62,426 nt of DNA. Source: Burkholderiales bacterium. GTDB taxonomy: Bacteria; Pseudomonadota; Gammaproteobacteria; Burkholderiales; SG8-39. Where the stretch lies: positions 1-62,426 of the forward strand of contig DASREB010000356.1 of NCBI GenBank assembly GCA_035652275.1. Direction: 5' to 3'. Numbering within the stretch: position 1 is the first letter of the stretch; every line of letters starts with the position of its first letter. Under the pieces are notes generated by a model. That model saw nothing but the letters and a program-made list of their open reading frames with translations. It did no database searches and was not told the DNA's origin. Shown piece after piece: positions 50,771 to 59,689 of this stretch. The translations under genes and the position numbers were made by a program.

Positions 50771-50901
50771 TCTTGGCTCCTGAGGCAAAGAAGCGAAAAG
50801 CTAAAACACTTCGCGTGTTTTTTAAACCGCGGGACTGTGTAAGGCTTGCGGGTGCGACAAATCGACTCGGACGCCTGGCCGCCGCGATGAGGTCCGCGTA
50901 G

Positions 50902-51153
50902 CTACTTGCCGGAACTTCCCGAATTCATGTTCTGCACGGCCTCTTGGTAGGCCTCTTTGCTCGCCGAGCTTACGCTCGAGGCGCCAGTATCCTCATCGCG
51001 CACCGGTATGCGGCTACCCGTCACATAGCGGGTTTGCTGCTGCGGCTGCTGTGGCTGCGTCGCGGAAGATGCGGCGCTTTGTTGTTCCGGCACAGCGCAG
51101 CCATATGCTGCTATACAGGCGCTAATAGCAACGAACGCAAAACGAAAGTCCAT
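50902..51153 (-). CDS. Small putative lipoprotein, paralog 2, with TonB-box-like YVTGSRIP motif
   Basis: ATG 51153 is preceded by GGGAGG at the same spacing as in paralog 1. Lipobox-like AAYGC. Gln/Pro-rich linker, then RYVTGSRIPVRDEDTGASSV. Confidence 0.55.
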   Translation of the reverse strand: MDFRFAFVAISACIAAYGCAVPEQQSAASSATQPQQPQQQTRYVTGSRIPVRDEDTGASSVSSASKEAYQEAVQNMNSGSSGK

Positions 51154-51264
51154 TCTTAGCCTCCCAGGCAATGAGAGCCGGAAGCTAAAACATTTGGCTC
51201 GTTGTTGGTACCGCGGCTGTGAAACGGCCGCGCTTGCATTGTCACACGGATCCCCCGCGGAGCG

Positions 51265-52476
51265 CTACGAAGTCCGATTAAGGCGAAGGACCCACAGGCG
51301 CGCGAGCGCCGCCGCGCCGTCCGTGCCTTGCACGCTCTTGAACATCTGAACGGCTTTCTCGTTCTGGCCGGCGAGGTGGTAGGCGTAGGCAAGCTGCAGC
51401 TTCGCGTGATCGGGGCGGCGGAAGCCGCCGCCGAGCTTGATGCCTTCCTGCATCATGCCGAGCCCCTTGTCGGCTCTGCCGTACAGCACCAGATTGAAGC
51501 CGTCGTTGAAGAGCGTCTTGCCGTCCTTCGCTGGCTCGCCCTTTTCGGCCTGCGCCATGTTCTTGCGGTCCTCGGCAAGGTTCTTCGCCGCGAGGTCTTT
51601 CAGCCGCTTGTGCCGTGCTGCTTCCGGCCCGGTGCCGAGAACGCCTGCGGCGTAGCCCTTGTCGATGACTTTGGTCGCCTCCGCGGGGAAGCCCTCGATC
51701 AGTGATAGCTGCGCAAAGTCGAGGTATTCGTCAGCCTTTTGCAGCAGACCGAGATCGAACTTCAGTCGCGCGACATCGATCTGCAAACGGTCATTGAAGC
51801 CTGAGCGGGTGACGACGTTGTAGATGGCGTTTTGCCAGTAATCGCGCTTCGGATAGTAGGCAACGAGCTTCTCGATCGTGCGGCCGTAGCCCGCCGTGTC
51901 CTTGCTCTGCAGATAGGCGTTCGCGAGCAGCTGCAACTGGTCCTCCGGTGGCGTCTTCCCGGCGCGTTCTTCCGCTTCCACCTCGTTCGCTACCTCGCGC
52001 GCCGCCGCGCCATAGTTGCCGCCGAGATACAGCGATTGGACGTAGATCATGTGAACCGATTTATCCGAGCCGCCGTACTGGAAATAGCGCGTGGCTGCGG
52101 CGGCGGCCTTGCTGTACTCCTTCGCGGCGTAGTACTGCGCGGCCGCCACCGCCAGGAGTTGCGGTCGATCGGCCTGCGGCGCGGCGGACGAGTTCGCCGC
52201 GCTTTCGAGCGCGGCGCCGGCCGTGGCGGCATCACCAGCGGCGGCGGCTGCTTGGCCGAGTACGCGGGTGACGAGGTAAGTCTCGTAGGGCGTCTTGTTC
52301 GGTACCTCTTGGGCTTCGCGCGCCCGGGCGAGTGCCTCCCGGCCGCGCTTGGCTTTGAGCGCCTCTATCGCCGCCTGCAGCGGCTTGCCGACTTCAGGGC
52401 GCACGGCGGGCGGCTTGTCCTGCGCCACCGCGAACGGCGTAAGAGCGAGCAACACGGCCAGAGCGAACGCGCGCAT
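51265..52476 (-). CDS. Secreted TPR-repeat protein of the TonB/Exb cluster
   Basis: Signal peptide MRAFALAVLLALTPFAVAQD. Helical TPR-like repeats. Start overlaps the exbD stop by 1 nt. Confidence 0.7.
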   Translation of the reverse strand: MRAFALAVLLALTPFAVAQDKPPAVRPEVGKPLQAAIEALKAKRGREALARAREAQEVPNKTPYETYLVTRVLGQAAAAAGDAATAGAALESAANSSAAPQADRPQLLAVAAAQYYAAKEYSKAAAAATRYFQYGGSDKSVHMIYVQSLYLGGNYGAAAREVANEVEAEERAGKTPPEDQLQLLANAYLQSKDTAGYGRTIEKLVAYYPKRDYWQNAIYNVVTRSGFNDRLQIDVARLKFDLGLLQKADEYLDFAQLSLIEGFPAEATKVIDKGYAAGVLGTGPEAARHKRLKDLAAKNLAEDRKNMAQAEKGEPAKDGKTLFNDGFNLVLYGRADKGLGMMQEGIKLGGGFRRPDHAKLQLAYAYHLAGQNEKAVQMFKSVQGTDGAAALARLWVLRLNRTS

Positions 52477-52901
52477 CAGCGAACGAACTGCTCGTGGCCG
52501 ACGATACCGACCTTGGTCAGGCCAAGACGCTGGGCCGAGGCGAGCACCAGGGCGACATTGCGGTACTTGACCAGCTTGTTGGGCCGCAGATGGATCTCGG
52601 GCTGCTCGGCCATTGCGGCAGCGCCGCGCATGCGGTTCTCGAGATCCGCGCGGCTCGCGAGCTGCTCGCCGTTCCAGATGATCGTGCCGTCGAAGTCGAC
52701 ATCGATCGTCACGACCTGCGGCTGAATGGTGCTCTGGGGCGGCTTGCCGACGGGCATGTTGAGCTTCACCGCATGCGTCTGGATCGGAATCGTGATGATC
52801 AACATGATAAGCATTACCAACATCACGTCGATGAGCGGCGTGGTGTTGATGTCCACCATTACGTCTGCATCGCGCTGCTTGCTGCCGACGACCATTGCCA
52901 T
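52476..52901 (-). CDS. exbD: ExbD/TolR biopolymer transport protein
   Basis: DINTTPLIDVMLVMLIMLIIT TM motif. 141 aa. Confidence 0.85.
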   Translation of the reverse strand: MAMVVGSKQRDADVMVDINTTPLIDVMLVMLIMLIITIPIQTHAVKLNMPVGKPPQSTIQPQVVTIDVDFDGTIIWNGEQLASRADLENRMRGAAAMAEQPEIHLRPNKLVKYRNVALVLASAQRLGLTKVGIVGHEQFVR

Positions 52902-52912
52902 AGCTGTCTCCG

Positions 52913-53335
52913 TTAGCCGCTGCGCGGCGGCGGCTCGGTGATGAAGCCGATTTTCAGGATGCCGGCGCGCTGGCAGTTGTACACCACGCGCCCGACGAAC
53001 TCGTAGCGCCCCTCGCGGTCACCGCGGATATGCACCTCGGGCTGCGGCTTCTGCACGGCGATCTTCTTTAGCCGCTCGAAGAGCTCGCGATCGTCGACGA
53101 ACTGGTTGTTCCAGAAAAGATTGCCGTCGCGGTCTACCGCGATGACGATGTTCTCCGGCTTGGTCTGCGTCGGCAGATTACGTTCCTTCGGCAGCTCCAC
53201 CGGAACGTTCTGCACCACCACCGGGATGGTGATGAGGAAGATGATGAGCAAGACCAGCATCACGTCGACGAGCGGCGTGGTGTTGATCTGCGAATTCAGA
53301 TCATCGTCTTCCGCCTGCCCGACTTGCATCGCCAT
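52913..53335 (-). CDS. exbD: ExbD/TolR biopolymer transport protein (first copy)
   Basis: QINTTPLVDVMLVLLIIFLIT. Start is trimmed to ATG 53335, just after the exbB stop. Confidence 0.85.
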   Translation of the reverse strand: MAMQVGQAEDDDLNSQINTTPLVDVMLVLLIIFLITIPVVVQNVPVELPKERNLPTQTKPENIVIAVDRDGNLFWNNQFVDDRELFERLKKIAVQKPQPEVHIRGDREGRYEFVGRVVYNCQRAGILKIGFITEPPPRSG

Positions 53336-53336
53336 A

Positions 53337-54209
53337 TCAGGCCGCCGCCTTGTGCACCGTATGCCCGCCGCCAAGGAGCGTCATCTGCAGCCCGCTGCCG
53401 AAGCGCCGCACCTCTTCCATTGCCACGCGATTGCGACGCACAAGCCAGTTGTAGCCGAGCACCGCGGGGACCGCGACCGCGAGGCCGAGCGCCGTCATGA
53501 TGAGCGCCTCGCCGACCGGTCCGGCGACTTTGTCGATCGACGCCTGCCCGGCGATGCCGATCGCGGTGAGCGCGTGGTAGATGCCCCAGACCGTGCCGAA
53601 GAGGCCGACGAATGGCGCCGTCGATCCCACGGTGGCGAGGAACGCGAGCCCGGTCTGCAGGCGGTTGTTGATGACGTCGACCGCTCGATCGAGCGACAGC
53701 GACAGCCACTCGGCAAGCGGAAGCTGCTGCTTCGGCATCGCCGAATAGTCCTTTACAGCGATCGCGCCTTCCTCGGCCATGAAGCGGAAAGCGCTGTCCT
53801 CGCGGAGCTGCGCCGACCCGTCAGGCACGCTCTTGGCGCCCCAGAACTTGCCCTCGGCCTCGCGCCAGTCCTTGAAAACGCGCGCCTGCTCGATGTATTT
53901 CACGATGCCGATGTACCAGGTGCCGATCGACATGATGATGAGGATGATGAGCGTGCCGCGGGCGACGAAGTCGCCCTGCTTCCAGAGCGCTTCGATGCCG
54001 TACGGATTTTCGATCACCTCGGCGCCGGCCGTATCGCGCGGCGACTGGGCTTGCCCCGGAACCACGACGCTCGTCGCCGGCTGGTCGGACGCGGCCGGTG
54101 GCGGCGGCGGGGGCGGCGCGTCCTTGGGCGCCTGCGCGAGCACGGCGCTGGCGAGCATGGCAAGCGCGAATGAAAGTGTCGCGCCAAAAAGGGTTTTCGC
54201 GTTCTTCAT
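53337..54209 (-). CDS. exbB: MotA/TolQ/ExbB proton-channel protein with cleavable-signal-like N-terminus and poly-Pro linker
   Basis: FLATVGSTAPFVGLFGTVWGI and GPVGEALIMTALGLAVAVPAV core. N-terminal MKNAKTLFGATLSFALAMLASAVLAQA followed by PPPPPPPP. Confidence 0.85.
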   Translation of the reverse strand: MKNAKTLFGATLSFALAMLASAVLAQAPKDAPPPPPPPAASDQPATSVVVPGQAQSPRDTAGAEVIENPYGIEALWKQGDFVARGTLIILIIMSIGTWYIGIVKYIEQARVFKDWREAEGKFWGAKSVPDGSAQLREDSAFRFMAEEGAIAVKDYSAMPKQQLPLAEWLSLSLDRAVDVINNRLQTGLAFLATVGSTAPFVGLFGTVWGIYHALTAIGIAGQASIDKVAGPVGEALIMTALGLAVAVPAVLGYNWLVRRNRVAMEEVRRFGSGLQMTLLGGGHTVHKAAA

Positions 54210-54220
54210 AAAACTCCCTG

Positions 54221-54847
54221 TTATTCGAGTCTCCAGACGTATTCGATACGCGCCCAGGCTTGCGTTGGCACGCCGTCCACCGTTGCCGGCCTGAACTTGC
54301 ATAAGCCGAGGCCTTCGCGCGCCGCCTCGTCGAGGCGGCGTGAGCCGGATGAGCGCTCCACCTTGCTCTGAATCACCCGGCCGCTCGCGTCGATGAGGAA
54401 GCTCAGCAGCACCGTGCCGGTCTCGTTGGCGCGGCGTGCGGCGGGCGGGTACTCGGGTTTGTCGCAAGAGGAAGCGAGCACGACCGGCGCGGTTCTTACT
54501 GGTTGCGGCGCAGGCGTCGGCGTTATCGCGACCGGCGCGGGCGGCGGCGTGGGCGCCACGGCGGTGATCGTGGGCGCCTGTTGCACCGGAATCTGGATGT
54601 TGACCTCCGGTGGCGGGATGAACGGTGGCGGCGGTGTCGCGAGCTTGGGTGGCGGCGGCGGCGGCTTCTCGGGCTGCGGCGGTTTGACCTCGGCAATGAT
54701 CTTCGTCTCGAGCGGCGGCGCGACCACTTCAACGATCTTGCGTGCCAGCCCGTGGATCAGCGCGTATATGAGGACGATGTGCAGCGCGACAGTGACGATC
54801 AGGCCGGTGAAGCGGCGGCCGGAAGCGTGGGGCTGGGCGTAGCTCAT
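54221..54847 (-). CDS. tonB: Energy transducer TonB
   Basis: N-terminal TM segment, Pro-rich spacer (PPQPEKPPPPPPKLATPPPPFIPPPE), C-terminal TonB_C (YPPAARRANETGTVLLSFLIDASGRV). Confidence 0.85.
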   Translation of the reverse strand: MSYAQPHASGRRFTGLIVTVALHIVLIYALIHGLARKIVEVVAPPLETKIIAEVKPPQPEKPPPPPPKLATPPPPFIPPPEVNIQIPVQQAPTITAVAPTPPPAPVAITPTPAPQPVRTAPVVLASSCDKPEYPPAARRANETGTVLLSFLIDASGRVIQSKVERSSGSRRLDEAAREGLGLCKFRPATVDGVPTQAWARIEYVWRLE

Positions 54848-54916
54848 CGTCTATTGCGGGGGCCGAAGCTTACCCCGTAAATCATTGCAGCGGATGCGCA
54901 GGCGGTCCAGAAAACA

Positions 54917-54940
54917 GAAAAGGGGCTTTCGCCCCTTTTC
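54917..54940 (-). terminator. Intrinsic terminator after the TonB-dependent receptor gene
   Basis: GAAAAGGGGC-TTTC-GCCCCTTTTC forms a 10-bp stem. On the minus strand it is followed by TTTTCTGTTTTCT. Confidence 0.6.
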
Positions 54941-54956
54941 CCTGACAGCGGTTGGA

Positions 54957-57941
54957 TCAGAACTTCATCGTAAGGTTCATGAAGACCAGGCGCCCGAGGG
55001 CGTCGTAGGTCTGCGGGAAGGTGCCGCCATTCCCACCGATGGACGGCCCAGAGTTCGCGTTTGAAACGATTGGGGGATCCTTGTCGAAGATGTTATTGAC
55101 GCCGCCACGCAGTGAGAACGTCTTGTTGATGGTCCACATGAACGCCACATCGAAGTAGTCGCGTGAGGGCAGGTGCGCATCGGTCGCGGGCACGCTCGGG
55201 TCGTTCAGCAACGGATTGCCACTGGTGCCAATGTGAGACACCGCGTCGATGTGCCGCCACGTAAGTGCCAAGTCCAAATTCCACGGCGTGAGCCACGTGC
55301 CGCGGACTTTATGGCGCCACTTCGGGTTGGGCGCAGATTGCGAATTGCCGCACTCCAAACCGCCATAAAGGCCGGCGCAGTCGAAGCGCCCGAGGCCTTT
55401 AAACGGCTCGTACTCCCAGTGCGCGGTGTAACTGCTCAGCCAGTTGAGGCCGAGGCCTCCCATGGCCCCCAGTCGCTGGCTATAGCTGGCACTGAAGTCC
55501 CAACCCCTTACGTAGTACAGCGCCAGGTTCTGGTTAGTGGCGATGATGCGGCCGCCACCTGGCAGCCACAGCGTTCCGTTAGCGTCGCGTTGCACCAAGT
55601 TGCAGAACTGCCCGGAGTTCAAGCATTGATTAAGGATCGTGCCGGGAGGCGGCGTGCCGATCGCATCATCGATCTTGATGCTCCAGTAGTCCACGGTCGC
55701 GGTCAGATTGCGAAGCGGCGTCAATACCACACCCAGTGTGTAGGTGTTGGCCGTCTCCGGCTTCAGGTCCGCGTTTCCGCCCTGCAGAAAGTTGTATTGT
55801 CCGGCCGGGTTCGTAATCAGCGCGCTGCCGTATTGCGCCGCCGTAATACCAGTGCGGGCGCACTGTGCCAGGGTGGCGGTCGGACTGGCGCCGCACGGGT
55901 CCTGCGACAGCTCGAAGAGATTTGTGCCCTGGGCCTGGAACAGCTCGATGATGTTGGCATGACGCACCGCGCGCTGATAGCTGCCGCGCAGCCGAGCCTG
56001 CCTTACTGGTGCCCACTCAGCGCCCAATCCGTAGGTATTGGTCGTTTTGTTCGTGCTGTACGACGAATGCCGGGCGCTGCCACTCAATGACAGGCTGTAC
56101 ATGAACGGCCGGTTATCGATGAGCGGCAAGCGCACCTCACCAAACACCTCGTCAGCGTTGAGGTACTTGTCATGCACGCCGATGATCGGCCCGCCCTGTC
56201 CCGCGAGGTCGAACGTGCTGAACTCGACATCGGTGTCGAAGTTGAGCCGTTCCTTCCGCCGTTCCGCGCCTACCGATACGCCGACGCCGGTTTTGGCGCC
56301 AGGCATGCGCATGCCGTAATTTGCAAGATCGGCATTGAAGTTCACGCCATACACGGTTTGCTGTGTCGTGCCGTTGGCCAAGCCGGGCGTCTGCAGATAG
56401 TCCAATGCAGCTTGTGTTACGCCACCAGCTGTCCAGATGTTGTATGGCACGCAATTGGGATCCGTGCCGTTCACAAATGAACGGCACGCCGGCTGACCCG
56501 TGGCCGGGTCGGTAATGACATCAAGTGCCTTCAACGTGCGCTGAGTCGAAAAATCGTTCCTGTATACCTCTTGGTACAGTACTTTGCCGTGCTGCAAGAA
56601 GGCGTCGTAATTGATGTTCTTGACTGCTTCGCCTTTGATGCCCAGCACGCCCCGATACGAAGAGAGGCGCAGGTCATCATCGCGGCCGCCGCCCTCGACG
56701 TTACGCCTCTGGATAACCACGTCGGTCGGAGTTGCGCCGATACCGAGCGCCGTTCTCCAGGCGGGTGTCAGCAGCGGGTTCGCCGGATCGAGCGACACCA
56801 CCTGTCCAAAGACTCCGCTCGGTGCGATGACGGCGTCAGTATGGTAGTCGTGGACATTGATTTCCGAATACGCGCGCACCCTCGACGTGACATCGAGGTG
56901 CGCGAACGCAGCCAGGTTGAACTGCTCCGACGGACGTCGGAAATAGTTGTATGGCGCGAAGTTGAAGAGGTCTGTGGAGCTTCTAAAATTTCGCGGCGCA
57001 TTCGTGGCCGGGTCAAGCGTCTGGGGCACCGCGAGTGGGTCCGTCGCATTGGTAAATCGGCCGGTCGCCGCAGTCGAGGAACCACCGCACCCGGCTGCTG
57101 TAAACGAGGTGCCACCGTTCAGCGCGCACTCGCTAAAATCGCGCGTGGATTGGTTGACCGCGTCCTCCTTCTTATAAGCGAGGAACAGCGTGGCGTTGCC
57201 TTTGTTGTCCGCGAAGTTGCGGCCCATCAACATGCTGATGCCGTTGACCTTGCCATCGGCATTGACGTCGCCCGGTACGTGGAACTGCGACGGGTTGGTT
57301 CGCTCGCGCGCGGCAATGACGTCGGCGATGCCATCCGGGTTGTGCTGCTGATGGTTGTAAAAGCTGTGGTAGTAGTCGACCTGCAAGCCCTCGAAGCGGT
57401 CGTTCATGATGAAGTTGACGACGCCAGACATCGCGTCTGACCCGTACACCGCCGAAGCACCGCCGGTCAGCACTTCCACGCGCTGGATAAGCGGCGCGGG
57501 AATCTGGTTCAAATCCGCTGCATAAAGGCTGGTTCCGCCTGTGCCGGGACTCCCCGGCGGCAAGCGCCGTCCGTTCAAAAGCACGAGGTTGCGCGTCGGC
57601 CCGAGGCCGCGCAGGTTCACCTGCGCAGTTCCGGTCGCGCCGTTCGAAGCGTTACTGCCCTGCGCTGCATAAACCTGCGGCAGCGTGTTAAGCAGGTCTT
57701 CAGTCTTCGAGAGACCGTCGGTGCGAATTTCCTGCTGCGTCATCACCGTAATCGGGCTTGGCCCTTCGGCCTCGACCGTCGGAATGCGCGAGCCGGTCAC
57801 TTCAACGCGTTCGACGCGCTCCGCCGTCTGCACGGGCTGCTGCGCATAAGCGAGCTGTGCGAAGACGGCAAGCGCTACTTGTGTGGCTACTACGGTGGGC
57901 TTTTTAATGAATACTACGGGGGACCGCTTGTTCTTTCTCAT
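54957..57941 (-). CDS. TonB-dependent receptor (about 990 aa, large-substrate type)
   Basis: Signal peptide, TonB-box region ERVEVTGSRIP, plug (LLNTLPQV...NLRGLG...RVEVLTGGASAVYGSDAMSGVVNFI), long beta-barrel, C-terminal aromatic ...NLTMKF. Start is ATG 57941 (alternative 57953). Confidence 0.9.
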   Translation of the reverse strand: MRKNKRSPVVFIKKPTVVATQVALAVFAQLAYAQQPVQTAERVERVEVTGSRIPTVEAEGPSPITVMTQQEIRTDGLSKTEDLLNTLPQVYAAQGSNASNGATGTAQVNLRGLGPTRNLVLLNGRRLPPGSPGTGGTSLYAADLNQIPAPLIQRVEVLTGGASAVYGSDAMSGVVNFIMNDRFEGLQVDYYHSFYNHQQHNPDGIADVIAARERTNPSQFHVPGDVNADGKVNGISMLMGRNFADNKGNATLFLAYKKEDAVNQSTRDFSECALNGGTSFTAAGCGGSSTAATGRFTNATDPLAVPQTLDPATNAPRNFRSSTDLFNFAPYNYFRRPSEQFNLAAFAHLDVTSRVRAYSEINVHDYHTDAVIAPSGVFGQVVSLDPANPLLTPAWRTALGIGATPTDVVIQRRNVEGGGRDDDLRLSSYRGVLGIKGEAVKNINYDAFLQHGKVLYQEVYRNDFSTQRTLKALDVITDPATGQPACRSFVNGTDPNCVPYNIWTAGGVTQAALDYLQTPGLANGTTQQTVYGVNFNADLANYGMRMPGAKTGVGVSVGAERRKERLNFDTDVEFSTFDLAGQGGPIIGVHDKYLNADEVFGEVRLPLIDNRPFMYSLSLSGSARHSSYSTNKTTNTYGLGAEWAPVRQARLRGSYQRAVRHANIIELFQAQGTNLFELSQDPCGASPTATLAQCARTGITAAQYGSALITNPAGQYNFLQGGNADLKPETANTYTLGVVLTPLRNLTATVDYWSIKIDDAIGTPPPGTILNQCLNSGQFCNLVQRDANGTLWLPGGGRIIATNQNLALYYVRGWDFSASYSQRLGAMGGLGLNWLSSYTAHWEYEPFKGLGRFDCAGLYGGLECGNSQSAPNPKWRHKVRGTWLTPWNLDLALTWRHIDAVSHIGTSGNPLLNDPSVPATDAHLPSRDYFDVAFMWTINKTFSLRGGVNNIFDKDPPIVSNANSGPSIGGNGGTFPQTYDALGRLVFMNLTMKF

Positions 57942-58178
57942 CTCCTCTCCCATATGGTTGTTGGGTTGGGAAAGATCCAAGCGCGCCGCTCGGTGGTAAC
58001 CGAGCTTGCCTCGGCCTTCCGTTATTGTTGTTAACTAGTTCCTGCTTAGCAGGCGCGATGTAACAATATGTCGTCCTAGCCCGTCAAGCAGAAATGCGAT
58101 GGCTATTGCGCGCCCGCAACGGCAATCGACGCTGGAGACGGCATTTGTGCGCTGCAATGTCTCGCTAGAATCGTTCCG

Positions 58179-58634
58179 GTGCAGAACTGGCGAATACTTG
58201 GTCTACTGACGCTTCTGGGCGCCGTGTCGTCGGCGATGGCCGATAGCGCGCGGGACGCGCTAGATGAAATGGCTCGCTGCGCGGCCATTTCGGACGCTGG
58301 CGAACGGTTGCGCTGCTATGACGCCGCCGCGGCGCAAGGGAGGGATGCACTCAAACCCCAGCCGGCAGATTTCGGCAAGCCGGCGCCAAGGGTTCCGGAA
58401 CCGGCGCAAATCACCGCCAGCCTGCGGCAGTTCTGGAAGACGAGTCGCGGCCTTGCCGTGTTCGTGCTGGACAACGGGCAAACCTGGCGCCAGCTCGAGG
58501 CAGATGGATCCACGATCCTGGAGCCAGCACCTGGCACGGCGCCCAAAGTGACAATCGACCACGGACTTCTCGACAGCTATAACCTGACGATCGAGGGCCG
58601 CAACGGGCTCATCAAGGTTCGCCGGATCCAGTGA
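58179..58634 (+). CDS. Hypothetical secreted protein (151 aa)
   Basis: GTG start. Signal peptide MQNWRILGLLTLLGAVSSAMA. Cys pair in CAAISDAGERLRCYD. Stop overlaps the next start (GTGA). Confidence 0.45.
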   Translation: MQNWRILGLLTLLGAVSSAMADSARDALDEMARCAAISDAGERLRCYDAAAAQGRDALKPQPADFGKPAPRVPEPAQITASLRQFWKTSRGLAVFVLDNGQTWRQLEADGSTILEPAPGTAPKVTIDHGLLDSYNLTIEGRNGLIKVRRIQ

Positions 58635-59689
58635 TCCAGGCCGACGCTCGAACCTACCTCGGCGTCGCAAGAGCGTGCGCTAGCAAGAGCGACCACAGCG
58701 GTGCACTCGCCGCGCTCGATCGGGTGCTCGAGCTTGAGCCGCGCAACCTGGGCGCGCTCATTATGAAGGCGGACCAGCTCGCCGCGCTGGGGGACGAGCG
58801 CACCGCGTCCTCGTTTTATCGCGCTGCCCTCAACATGGCGCCCGAGCCCGGCCAGATGCCGGCGGCGGTGCGCGATGAGCTAGCGCGCGCAGCGGCGATG
58901 TGCCAGCGTTACGCAGAGCGTTTCGAAAGCTATCTTCGCAAGCGGCTCGCCGCGGCCGGGCAGCTGAACCCCGATTCTCGTTTCGGCGAGTCGCTCGATA
59001 TTCTGACGGGAAAGAAACGGGTCTTCTTCCAGGAGCCGCGGCAGTATTTTTTCCCCGCCTTGCCACACTTGCAGTTCTACCCTCGCGACGCGTTTCCTTG
59101 GCTCGATCAGCTCGAAGAGGCGAGTGCCGATATCCGCGCCGAGTTGCTCCAGCTCCTCGAGGAAGACGCGGCGTTCAAGCCTTACATCGACCGCAACGAG
59201 CGCAGACCGCATATTGATTACTCCGGTCTCCTCGAAAACCCGGCGTGGAGCGCGTTCTATCTATGGAAGCACGGCGAGCTGGTGGCCGAAAATGCGGCAC
59301 GTTGTCCACGTACGGTGAAGGCGCTGGAAGGCGTGCCGTTCGCCCTGGTAAAAAACCGCTCGCCCTCGGTGATGTTCTCATTGCTCAAGCCTGGAGCGCA
59401 CATCCCGCCGCATACCGGCGAAACCAATACGCGGCTTGTTTGCCATCTACCGCTCGTCGTTCCGAACGATTGTCACTTGCGCGTGGGCAATGAGACGCGC
59501 CCGGTTGTGGAGGGCCGGGCCTGGGTGTTCGATGACACAATCGAGCATGAGGCGTGGAACCGCTCACGCGAGACGCGTGTGATCCTGCTTTTCGAAGTTT
59601 GGCGCCCCGAGTTGAGCGCCGACGAGCGTGCCCAGGTCAGGGCGATGTTCGAGGCGATCGATACCTACAACGGCGCGTCAGCTTCCTGA
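58631..59689 (+). CDS. TPR + aspartyl/asparaginyl beta-hydroxylase (2OG-Fe(II) oxygenase) protein, paralog 1
   Basis: N-terminal TPR-like helices. C-terminal GAHIPPHTGETNTRLVCHLPLVVPNDCHLRVG...WVFDDTIEHEAWN (AspH/LpxO-type HxG...H facial triad region). No signal peptide. Confidence 0.8.
   Translation: MIQADARTYLGVARACASKSDHSGALAALDRVLELEPRNLGALIMKADQLAALGDERTASSFYRAALNMAPEPGQMPAAVRDELARAAAMCQRYAERFESYLRKRLAAAGQLNPDSRFGESLDILTGKKRVFFQEPRQYFFPALPHLQFYPRDAFPWLDQLEEASADIRAELLQLLEEDAAFKPYIDRNERRPHIDYSGLLENPAWSAFYLWKHGELVAENAARCPRTVKALEGVPFALVKNRSPSVMFSLLKPGAHIPPHTGETNTRLVCHLPLVVPNDCHLRVGNETRPVVEGRAWVFDDTIEHEAWNRSRETRVILLFEVWRPELSADERAQVRAMFEAIDTYNGASAS

Noticed and set aside
50803-50821. Hairpin AAAACAC-TTCGC-GTGTTTT between the two small lipoprotein genes, as a terminator or attenuator.
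   Set aside because: The stem is AT-rich with only two GC pairs, and the structure is not conserved upstream of the paralog. It is probably too weak to terminate.
54090-54700. GC-rich GGC/GGT/CCG repetitive tracts that look like simple repeats.
   Set aside because: They encode the poly-Pro linkers of ExbB and TonB on the minus strand. They are expected features of these proteins and not independent repeat elements.
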